Assembly: GCA_964016885.1 (NCBI GenBank)
Contig: OZ024764.1
Location: forward strand, 1,116,001 to 1,180,000
Source: Eledone cirrhosa
Lineage: Eukaryota
Length of the DNA: 64,000 nt
Direction: 5' to 3'
The position numbers and the translations under genes were made by a program. The stretch's first letter is position 1, and every line of letters begins with the position of its first letter. Below are positions 1 through 12,039 of this stretch, one piece after another. Under the pieces are notes generated by a model, which saw only the letters and a program-made list of their open reading frames with translations, was not told the origin of the DNA and ran no database searches.

Positions 1-580
1 GACTGGGTACTTTTTGTTGTGACACCTACATGACCACTTTACAGTGTGGACTGGGTACTTTTTGTTGTGACACCTACATGACCACTTTACAGTGTGGACT
101 GGGTACTTTTTGTTGTGACACCTACATGACCACTTTACAGTGTGGACTGGGTACTTTTTGTTGTGACTCCTACATGACCACTTTACAGTGTGGACTGGGT
201 GCTTTTGGTTGGGACACCTACATGACCACTTTACAGTGTGGACTGGGTGTTGTTTGTTGTGACACCTACATGACCACTTTACAGTGTGGACTGGGTGTTG
301 TTTGTTGTGACACCTACATGACCACTTTACAGTGTGGACTGGGTGCTATTTGTTGTGACACCTACATGACCACTTTACAGTGTGGACTGGGTGTTGTTTG
401 TTGTGACACCTACATGACCACTTTACAGTGTGGACTGGGTGCTATTTGTTGTGACACCTACATGACCACTTTACAGTGTGGACTGGGTACTTTTTGTTGT
501 GACACCTACATGACCACTTTACAGTGTGGACTGGGTGTTGTTTGTTGTGACACCTACATGACCACTTTACAGTGTGGACT
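1..580 (-). repeat. 48-bp tandem array (~12 units) derived from the RTE/SINE 3' module
   Basis: Unit gactgggtactttttgttgtgacacctacatgaccactttacagtgtg is the reverse-complement homolog of the 49-bp SINE unit at 6477-7167. Runs off the window start. Confidence 0.92.
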
Positions 581-744
581 GCAGACTTCATTAGGGGAGG
601 TGTATGGGATTGGGGAGGTAGGTGTAGGGACGGAGTGTTAGGATATGGGTGGGGGTCAGTGTCAGGGAGGTGAGTGGAAGGGTGATGGAGGCGAAAGGTG
701 GGTCTTCTGTATCACTGCATAACGCCAAAGATCTCACATCATCA

Positions 745-2797
745 TTCCATGTCTAACACACGTGGGCATGCCTACAAAGTCAGAAAACAGCACAGCTCCC
801 ATGACTTTCGGAAACATCTTTTCATGCTCAGAGTTGCTGAAGCATGGAACAAACTACCTGCATCAGTTGTTAGCTGTCGAGACACTGCATCCTTTAAAAC
901 CTCCATGGAACAAACTCCCTGCATCAGTTGTTAGCTGTCGAGACACTGCATCCTTTAAACCCTCCATGGAACAAACTACCTGCATCAGTTGTTAGCTGTC
1001 GAGACACTGCATCCTTTAAAACCTCCAGGGAACAAACTACCTGCATCAGTTGTTAGCTGTCGAGACACTGCATCCTTTAAAACCTCCATGGAACAAACTA
1101 GCTGCATTAGTTGTTAGCTGTCAAGACACTGCATCCTTTAAAACCTCCATGGAACAAACTACCTGCATCAGTTGTTAGCTGTCGAGACACTGCATCCTTT
1201 AAAACCTCCATGGAACAAACTCCCTGCATCAGTTGTTAGCTGTCGAGACACTGCATCCTTTAAACCCTCCATGGAACAAACTGCCTGCATCAGTTGTTAG
1301 CTGTCGAGACACTGCATCCTTTAAAACCTCCATGGAACAAACTACCTGCATCAGTTGTTAGTTGTCGAGACACTGCATCCTTTAAAACCTCCATGGAACA
1401 AACTACCTGCATCAGTTGTTAGCTGTCGAGACACTGCATCCTTTAAAACATCCATGGAACAAACTACCTGCATCAGTTGTTAGCTGTCGAGACACTGCAT
1501 CCTTTAAAACCTCCATGGAACAAACTCCCTGCATCAGTTGTTAGCTGTCGAGACACTGCATCCTTTAAACCCTCCATGGAACAAACTGCCTGCATCAGTT
1601 GTTAGCTGTCGAGACACTGCATCCTTTAAAACCTCCATGGAACAAACTACCTGCATCAGTTGTTAGCTGTCGAGACACTGCATCCTTTAAAACATCCATG
1701 GAACAAACTACCTGCATCAGTTGTTAGCTGTCGAGACACTGCATCCTTTAAAACCTCCATGGAACAAACTACCTGCATCAGTTGTTAGCTGTCGAGACAC
1801 TGCATCCTTTAAAACCTCCATGGAACAAACTCGCTCTATCAGTTGTTAGCTGTTGAGACACTGCATCCTTTAAAACCTCCATGGAACAAACTACCTGCAT
1901 TAGTTGTTAGCTGTCAAGACACTGCATCCTTTAAAACCTCCATGGAACAAACTCCCTGCATCAGTTGTTAGCTATCAAGACACTGCATACTTTAAGGCCT
2001 CCATGGAACAAACTACCTGCATCAGTTGTTAGCTGTCGAGACACTGCATCCTTTAAAACATCCATGGAACAAACTACCTGCATCAGTTGTTAGCTGTCGA
2101 GACACTGCATCCTTTAAAACATCCATGGAACAAACTACCTGCATCAGTTGTTAGCTGTTGAGACACTGCATCCTTTAAAACCTCCATGGAACAAACTACC
2201 TGCATCAGTTGTTAGCTGTCGAGACACTGCATCCTTTAAAACATCCATGGAACAAACTACCTGCATCAGTTGTTAGCTGTCGAGACACTGCATCCTTGAA
2301 AACCTCCATGGAACAAACTACCTGCATCAGTTGTTAGCTGTCGAGACACTGCATCCTTTAAAACCTCCATGGAACAAACTCGCTCTATCAGTTGTTAGCT
2401 GTTGAGACACTGCATCCTTTAAAACCTACATGGAACAAACTACCTGCATTAGTTGTTAGCTGTCAAGACACTGCATCCTTTAAAACCTCCATGGAACAAA
2501 CTCCCTGCATCAGTTGTTAGCTATCAAGACACTGCATCCTTTAAGGCCTCCATGGAACAAACTACCTGCATCTGTTGTTAGCTGTCGAGACACTGCATCC
2601 TTTAAAACCTCCATTCTTCCTGAGATTCGCCAACACTACACCTAATATCCCCCCTCCATACACACACACACATGTATATCACGACTCATACACTATTCAC
2701 TTCCCTGACATTTGTACATTATTCTATGTGCTATACATGCACCTTTGATGAGTTGTAGTGCACTTGAGCACTGTACACAATAATTTCATTATTATTA
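745..2797 (+). mobile_element. 3' end of a CR1-like LINE with an internal 61-bp tandem expansion
   Basis: [32 protein letters not shown] is nearly identical to the copy at 17166-17847; 3' UTR ends in (ATT)n near 2790. Confidence 0.85.
843..2612 (+). repeat. 61-bp tandem array, 29 units
   Basis: Unit catggaacaaactacctgcatcagttgttagctgtcgagacactgcatcctttaaaacctc. Confidence 0.97.
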
Positions 2798-4099
2798 TAT
2801 CCCCCATCATCATCATCACAAAAAAGAAAACTTATCTGACCCATGCTGACATTGACATTATCATCATCATCGTTGTCGTCTATTTGTAAAAGAAAACTGA
2901 AATACTTGTTTATCAGTGTTATGAGACTTGACTGACATCATCATCAGTTATCTTTCGGCAGAACAAAGTCCCCATGCCGAAGGTCACATACACATTGACC
3001 CACATAACCATAGTAACACAAACACACACACATACACATTGACACAAACACACACACATAGACATTGACACAGGCATACACAAATAGACGCATACAGACA
3101 CTAACACTTTTACGACCTAAACACACATTAATAGAGATTCACAGATACACACACACACGCTCACAAACTAATACATAGATTCCCACACACCACGTAAACA
3201 CACAAACTTACACTTTTACAACTAAAAGACACACACACACCCATACAGATACACACAGACACAGACAGATATATACACACACCCATACAGATACACACAG
3301 ACACAGACAGATATATACACAAAGAGACAGATATAAACACACAGAGAGACAGATTCGCACACAGAGACAGATATATACACACAGAGAGACAGATACACAC
3401 ACTAACTTACTTTTACAACCAAAAGACACACACACACCCATACAGATACACACAGACACATATATACACACAGAGAGACAGATTCACACACGGAGAGACA
3501 GATTCGCACACAGAGACAGATATATACACACAGAGAGACAGATTCGCACACAGAGACAGATATATACACACAGAGAGACAGATACACACACTAACACTTT
3601 CACGATCTAAACACACTGAGACTGACAGAGAGAGACTCGTAGATTACGGTATCCCGGCAGCCATTGCTACACGATGTAAGGTGAATAAGTGTCCCCGACG
3701 GTGTTTACGTACCATACCGTCAAAAGGAGTCGACACCTTTACACAGCAACACCGAGCCAACTAAACAACTATCCAGTCAGCCACCTGGCCATCCAGCCAA
3801 CTAACCATCCAGTTAACCAGTCAATCCACCCACCAACCAATCAGCCAAGCAAAATCTATCGACCGACTAGATAAATCAGTACATATAGAGTGAACGGGTA
3901 GTTAGACACACACATATATATCTACATCTATATATATATATATATATATATATAGATATATATAATTCAATAAACAGACCAGGATTTTTTCATTCTGAGG
4001 ATTGAAAGCAAAATCTTTTGCTTTTAAGAAACCACTGGTAAATGGAACAATTGCCTTATGTTGTTTATTACATAACTATATATAGATATATACATATAC

Positions 4100-4204
4100 A
4101 AGACTAAGCCATTTAAAACTTGGTGGTAAGCAAGCACCCCTCATTACATTCGATCCATCAATCTATCCAGGCTCTTCCGCCACATCACCTGTATTATCTA
4201 TCTA

Positions 4205-4244
<40 letters not shown>

Positions 4245-4458
4245 ATATATATAATATATATATATTTAAAAAAATTATATGCTACACCTTACCAGCATTG
4301 CCTGCTCGTGGGGTTAATATTTGCATGATTTAGCATACATACTACGATATTTTAAATACATATTCTAATATACAATAATATATATATATAATAATAATAA
4401 TATATATATATATATATATAATTACAAAGTTATATATATATATACACAATTGTAGACG
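4100..4458 (+). promoter_or_regulatory. Putative cyb5 promoter / non-coding first exon region
   Basis: Possible donor TG|GTAAGC at 4126 and acceptor TGTAG ending 4455, 3 nt before the ATG; YY1-like GCCATTT near 4108; Ets-like CTTCCGCC near 4174; octamer ATTTGCAT 4319-4326. Motif matches only. Confidence 0.3.
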
Positions 4459-4680
4459 ATGTCGACGGAAGATTCTGTGAGGGTTGGCAGTGGTGATGGT
4501 AGCTGTGAAAAGGACGGGCAGGGACCGAGTAAAGGACCAGAAGGAGGTGAAAACAAACAGGACCAGGGACCAAAAGGGAAGGTTTTCACTAAAGAAGATA
4601 TTAAAGACCACAAAACCTGCAAAAGTTTGTGGTTGATTATTGACAACAAGGTTTACGATGTCACCGAGTTTATGGACGAG
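4459..4680 (+). CDS. cyb5: cyb5 coding exon 1 (74 codons)
   Basis: ATG at 4459; [17 protein letters not shown] typical of the b5 N-terminal half; donor GAG|GTAAGA at 4681. Confidence 0.95.
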
Positions 4681-4718
4681 GTAAGATATTTTGGTTTGAA
4701 TATACAACACTTTCTCTT

Positions 4719-4756
<38 letters not shown>

Positions 4757-4760
4757 ACAG

Positions 4761-4792
<32 letters not shown>

Positions 4793-4796
4793 ACAG

Positions 4797-4840
<44 letters not shown>

Positions 4841-4910
4841 AAACAGTCTCTCTCCTTCTCTCTCTCTCTCTATATATATATAGATATATATATATATATA
4901 TATAAAACAG

Positions 4911-4971
<61 letters not shown>

Positions 4972-5468
4972 TTTGTTGGGATTCAACAAGCGTAAACATT
5001 TTTTATAACTGATATAAAGCACTCAACAGCTAAGTGGAGTAAATATTCAAGATATTAATAAATGGAAACTATATTTATAAAACCATATTTATTTTATTAT
5101 ATTTATTTCAAGGGCAACCAAGGCAAATTATAGTGCGCTTTCGTCAGATAAAATACAGATTTGTTTTATAAATAAATATTGACATACCTGGAAAAAAGAC
5201 AACCTTAACGGTTGGAGCTTCCTGGAGATATATATATAACAGTCTCTCTCTCTCTCTATATATATATATTTATATATATATATATTATATAAGTAGTCTA
5301 TCTATCTACCTACCTCTCTCTTTATATATATATATATATATTTACACTATACACACACCCTCGCGTATCATCACCGGTTAACGTATATACTACACTCACA
5401 CACCCCCACATATATATATGGGGTGTGTATGTATATATATATATATATATGTGTGTGTGGGGAAGGTG

Positions 5469-5501
<33 letters not shown>

Positions 5502-8062
5502 GTGGGGAAGGTGTATGTGTGTATATATATATATATATGTGGGGAAGGTGTATGTGTGTATATATATATATGTGTGGAAGGTGTATGTGTATATATATAT
5601 GTGTGTGTGGAAGGTGTATGTGTATATATATATATGTGTGGGGAGGGTGTATATATATATATATATATATATATATGTGGGGAGGGTGTATGTGTATATA
5701 TATATATATATATATAAGTATTAAATTGTTAAACAATATTCAATGAATTATGTCAAAGAATGAGTTTTACAGTAGATTGGAAGCACTCAACAGTTAAAAA
5801 ATAATTTTCAGGAGTTATTAATATAAGTATTAATAAAATAGATGTTCTTTTGATCAATTACATTTTATTATACATATTTCGGATGTACAACAGTACGTCC
5901 TCATCAGACAAAATATAATGATACATGACATACCCTGAGATGTTAAATGGTTAAGATTTAATTAAGATTTAATCAAGGTAGTACCTTGACTACCTTGATT
6001 AATTTAACATTTAACATCTCAGGGTATGTCATGTATCATTATATTTTGTCTGATGAGGACGTACTGTTGTACATCCGAAATATGTATAATTGTTTCTACT
6101 TTAGACACAAGGCCAGCAAATACCCAGTACATTACTGGTACTTTATTTTATCGACCCCGTAAGGATAATGTTATTGATCAAAATAACATCTATTTTATTA
6201 ATACTTATATATATATATGAGCTCAGGATCTCTTCTCCTTTGAGCACATTATTTACAGGGAATAGCGAGGGCCTATGCCTCCGTTAATTTATCGTGATAT
6301 ATATATATATATATGGCTTAGTGGTTAGAGCATTGGCCTTGCAATCGAAAAGTTGTGAGTTCAATTCTCAGACCGGGTGATGTGTTGTTTCCTTGAGCAA
6401 GACACTTTATTTCACATTGCTCCAGTTTACTCAGCTGTAGAAATGAGATGATAGGGACTGGGGTCCCTATCATTCCACTGCAGAGTGGTCGTGGAGGTGC
6501 CACGGCAAAAAAGCACCCAGCCCACACTGTAAAGTGGTCGTGGAGGTGCCACAGCAAAAAAGCACCCAGCACACACTGTAAAGTGGTCGTGGAGGTGCCA
6601 CGGCAAAAAAGCACCCAGCACACACTGTAAAGTGGTCGTGGAGGTGCCACAGCAAAAAAGCACCCAGCACTCACTGTAAAGTGGTCGTGGAGGTGCCACA
6701 GCAAAAAAGCACCCAGCACTCACTGTAAAGTGGTCGTGGAGGTGCCACGGCAAAAAAGCACCCAGCACACACTGTAAAGTGGTCGTGGAGGTGCCACAGC
6801 AAAAAAGCACCCAGCACTCACTGTAAAGTGGTCGTGGAGGTGCCACGGCAAAAAAGCACCCAGCACTCACTGTAAAGTGGTCGTGGAGGTGCCACAGCAA
6901 AAAAGCACCCAGCACTCACTGTAAAGTGGTCGTGGAGGTGCCACGGCAAAAAAGCACCCAGCCCACACTGTAAAGTGGTCGTGGAGGTGCCACAGCAAAA
7001 AAGCACCCAGCACTCACTGTAAAGTGGTCGTGGAGGTGCCACGGCAAAAAAGCACCCAGCACTCACTGTAAAGTGGTCGTGGAGGTGCCACAGCAAAAAA
7101 GCACCCAGCCCACACTGCAAAGTGGTCGTGGAGGTGCCACAGCAAAAAAGCACCCAGCACTCACTGTAAATGAGGTTGGTGTTAGGAAGGGCATCGAGCT
7201 GTAGAAATCAAGCCAGAATCAGTTCCCGTCCCACCCTTGCAAGCAGGGAGAAGCGGACGTAAAATGAAATGATGATGATGATATATATATATCAGGCAGG
7301 GATATAGCCGTTGCCGTTAGCTGGGTACTACTATCACTACTATAACGGCCGGTGGAAACAAGGTGCTCAGTGCTGTTGTCTTCAATGTAACTGTCATCAA
7401 ACTGTCCATATCTCACGCTCCCTTACAGTTCCGTTTATTGCCCCCACTATCTGCTGGAATCTAGCCACGCATAGACTATTGTTTGGTTCAGGTCAACGCA
7501 ACACAACACAACGGTTATCCTTTGGTAATTTACGACCTTAATTCTGTAGGGAGGTGCCTGAGTCCAGATTCACTAATTGACACATAGGTAGCATTTCACT
7601 CCCAGAAAGAAAAAAAAACAAAAAAAAAAACATGATGGCTGGAAGGGACCCTTTTCGGACCCCCATATGTCTGCCGGGTGTACGAACTGAAGGACATGTT
7701 TCTTTCTACCGGCAGCATTTCACAAAATCGAATTTCATCCAAAGATACCATTCTTGTAACAACAATAAATGCATGAATTACATCTTGATTGCATGGGAGA
7801 ACCGTGGAAATAATCATAAGGAATAAACGATTTATGTCACATCAGCATCTTTCTTAATGTTATTATCATTATAAGGGCAGTGGATTGGCAGTATCGGTAG
7901 AGGTTCGGACGCCATGCTTTGACGCATAGAGTTACGGCCCTTGCCATTCTGAGTTCAAATCCCGCCGAGGTTAACTTTGCCTTTCATCCTTACGGGGTCG
8001 ATAAAATAAAGTACCAGTAATGTACTGGGTAATTTTCTGGCCTTGTGCCAATAGTAGAAACA

Positions 8063-8095
<33 letters not shown>

Positions 8096-11000
8096 CCATA
8101 TACGCACAGACATATATATGAGGGTGTGTGATTCATATTTGTTAATGGATTTGTCACACAAATATCTTTATATATATATATTTATTTCATTTCATTTCAT
8201 TTTTACGTCTGCTTTTCCCTGCTTGCAAGGGTGGGAGGGGAACTGATTGTGGCTTGATTTCTACAGCTGGATGCCCTTCCTAACACCAACCTCATTTACA
8301 GTGAGTTCTGGGTGCTTTTTTGCTGTGGCACCTACACGACCACTTTGCAGTGGAATGATAGGGACCCCAGTCCCTATCATCTCATTTCTACAGCTGAGTA
8401 AACTGGAGCAATGTGAAATAAAGTGTCTTGCTCAAGAAAACAACACATCACCCGGTCTGAGAATTGAACTCACAACCTTTCGATTGCAAGGCCAATGCTC
8501 TAACCACTAAGCCATGCGCCACCATGTATATGTTCACGTCGGTATCGAGGTGTAGAGCTAGACAGTGTGTAGTATAATAAAATAAAACAAGGACGAATGG
8601 TTACTCCTTCATAACGTTTATTGGTTGGTGACACGTGTTTCGCCACCGATCAGCTCAAGGTTCGATCTGTATTGATCTTGCCTGACTCTAATCAGTGGCT
8701 TGTCGGACCTCTGTAAAGTGGTCATGAACCATTGATTACAGAGTCGGGCTAGATCGATACAGATCGAACCTTGAGCTGATCAGTGGTGAAACACGTGTCA
8801 CCAACCAATAAATGTAATGAAGGAGTAACCACTCGTCCTTGTTTTATTTGGTGCACATACATATCATACACAGTGTGTTCCTGGGTATTTAGTACCCTAG
8901 GCTAGCTCTACAATGTATACCTGGGTATTTAGTACCCTAGGTTAGCTCTACAATGTGTACCTGGGTATTTAGTACCCTAGGATAGCTCTACAATGTGTAC
9001 CTGGGTATTTAGTACCCTAGGCTAGCTCTACAATGTATACCTGGGTATTTAGTACCCTAGGCTAGCTCTACAATGTGTACCTGGGTATTTAGTACCCTAG
9101 GTTAGCTCTACAATGTGTACCTGGGCATTTAGTACCCTAGGTTAGCTCTACAATGTATACCTGGGTATTTAGTACCCTAGGTTAGCTCTACAATGTGTAC
9201 CTGGGTATTTAGTACCCTAGGGTAGCTCTACAATGTGTACCTGGGTATTTAGTACCCTAGGCTAGCTCTACAATGTGTACCTGGGTATTTAGTACCCTAG
9301 GATAGCTCTACAATGTGTACCTGGGTATTTAGTACCCTAGGTTAGCTCTACAGTGTATACCTGGGTATTTAGTACCCTAGGTTAGCTCTACATTGTGTAC
9401 CTTGGTATTTAGTACCCTAGGTTAGCTCTACAATGTGTACCTTGGTATTTAGTACCCTAGGTTAGCTCTACAATGTGTACCTGGGTATTTAGTACACTAG
9501 GTTAGCTCTACAATGTGTACCTTGGTATTTAGTACCCTAGGTTAGCTCTACAATGTGTACCTTGGTATTTAGTACCCTAGGTTAGCTCTACAATGTGTAC
9601 CTGGGTATTTAGTACCCTAGGTTAGCTCTACAGTGTATACCTGGGTATTTAGTACCCTAGGTTAGCTCTACAATGTGTACCTTGGTATTTAGAACCCTAG
9701 GTTAGCTCTACAATGTGTACCTGGGTATTTAGTACCCTAGGTTAGCTCTACAGTGTATACCTGGGTATTTAGTACCCTAGGTTAGCTCTACAATGTGTAC
9801 CTTGGTATTTAGTACCCTAGACTAGCTCTACAATGTGTACCTGGGTATTTAGTACCCTAGACTAACTCTACGATGTGTACCTGGGTATTTAGTACCCTAG
9901 ACTAACTCTACAATGTGTACCTGGGTATTTAGTACCCTAGGCTAGCTCTATAATGTATACCTGGGTATTTGGTACCCTAGACTAGCTCTACAATGTGTAC
10001 CTGGGTATTTAGTACCCTAGGTTAGCTCTACAATGTGTACCTGGGTATTTAGTACCCTAGGTTAGCTCTACAATATGTACCTGGGTATTTAGTACCCTAG
10101 ACTAGCTCTACAATGTGTACCTGGGTATTTAGTACCCTAGACTAGCTCTACAAGGTGTACCTGGGTATTTAGTACACTAGGCTAGCTCTACAATGTGTAC
10201 CTGGGTATTTAGTACACTAGGTTAGCTCTACAATGTTTACCTGGGTATTTAGTACCCTAGGTTAGCTCTACAATGTTTACCTGGGTATTTAGTACCCTAG
10301 GCTAGCTCTACAATGTGTACCTGGGTATTTAGTACCCTAGGCTAGCTCTACAATGTGTACCTGGGTATTTAGTACCCTAGGTTAGCTCTACAGTGTGTAC
10401 CTGGGTATTTAGTACCCTAGACTAGCTCTACAATGTGTACCTGGGTATTAAGTACCCTAGGTTAGCTCTACAATGTGTACCTGGGTATTTAGTACCCTAG
10501 GTTAGCTTTACAATGTGTACCTGGGTATTTACTACCCTAGGCTAGCTCTACAATGTGTACCTGGGTATTTAGTACCCTAGACTAACTCTACAATGTGTAC
10601 CTGGGTATTTAGCACCCTAGGCTAGCTCTACAATGTGTACCTGGGTATTTAGTACCCTAGACTAGCTCTACAATGTGTACCTGGGTATTTAGTACCCTAG
10701 GTTAGCTCTACAATGTGTACCTGGGTATTTAGTACCCTAGGCTAGCTCTATAATGTGTACCTGGGTATTTAGCACCCTAGGCTAGCTCTACAATGTGTAC
10801 CTGGGTATTTAGTACCCTAGGTTAGCTCTACAATGTGTACCTGGGTATTTAGTACCCTAGGTTAGCTCTACAATGTGTATCTGGGTATTTAGTGCCCTAG
10901 GCTAGCTCGACAATGTGTACCTTGGTATTTAGTACCCTAGACTAGCTCTACAATGTGTACCTGGGTATTAAGTACCCTAGGTTAGCTCTACAATGTGTAC

Positions 11001-11182
11001 CTGGGTATTTAGTACCCTTGGCTAGCTCTACAGTGTGTACCTGGGTATTTAGTACCCTAGGCTAGCTCTACAATGTGTACCTGGGTATTTTATGGTAGCA
11101 GTGGTGTTGGTAGTTGTAGTAACAGTGATGTTATTAGTTGTAGTAGTAGTAGTAACAGTAGTAGTAGTAATAGTGGTGCTGT

Positions 11183-11223
<41 letters not shown>

Positions 11224-12006
11224 TGTGATGTAAACAACTCAGTGAAATAGAATCAAGAACTGGGTTAGCATAGCCCACCCTCCACCCCCACCCACTCCCA
11301 TCCACCCTTTCACTACCCCCCCTTCTCTGACATAAACTAGTTTGGTCCACTTTGCCACCACCAACAACAACAACAACAACACTACTACTACTATGACCAA
11401 CACTACAACACCACCACCACTACCACCACCACAACACCACCACCAACAACACTACTACTATTATGACCACCACCACTACCACCACCACCACCACCGCCAC
11501 AACAACACCACCACCAACAACACTACTACTACTATGACCAACACCACAACAGCACCACCACTACCACCACACCACCACCACCACCACCAACAACACTACT
11601 ACTACTATGACCAGCACCACCAACACACCACCACCACCACCACCACCACCAACAACACTACTACTACTATGACCAGCACCACCAACACACCACCACTACC
11701 AACACCACCACCACAACAAACACCACCGCCACCAACACCACCACCAGAATGAGTTGGAATCGTTTTAATGGGGAGGGGAGGGGTGATGGGAAATTTTTCT
11801 GGGTTTGTGTTTTTTGGCAGTGAAAAAAATGTAGTGTGGTGGTAGTAGTGGTAGTAGTAGTGGTGGTGGTAGTAATAGTGGTGGTGGTGGTAGTAGTGGT
11901 AGTAGTAGTAATTTCTTTAATACTAGTAGTAAAGTTGTGAAGATGGACCTTAATATGTGTGTATATATATATATCTATATATAATATATATACACACATA
12001 TATAAA

Positions 12007-12039
<33 letters not shown>

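Noticed and set aside
30-641. 203-aa Cys-rich repetitive ORF (MTTLQCGLG...)
   Set aside because: A 48-bp retroelement-derived tandem unit that happens to be a multiple of 3; the same unit has frame-breaking variants at 50655-51508.
2930-2975. CTGATGA with nearby GAAA on the minus strand as a hammerhead; AAAGTCCCC as an RNase MRP P4; telomerase RNA
   Set aside because: GAAA and CUGAUGA are only 5 nt apart, leaving no room for stems; no convincing MRP 3' P4 partner nearby; no CCCUAA template of 1.5 repeats found.
4681-4905. ORF-track extension of the cytochrome b5 ORF
   Set aside because: Read-through into intron 1 (GTAAGA donor, then CT/TA microsatellite).
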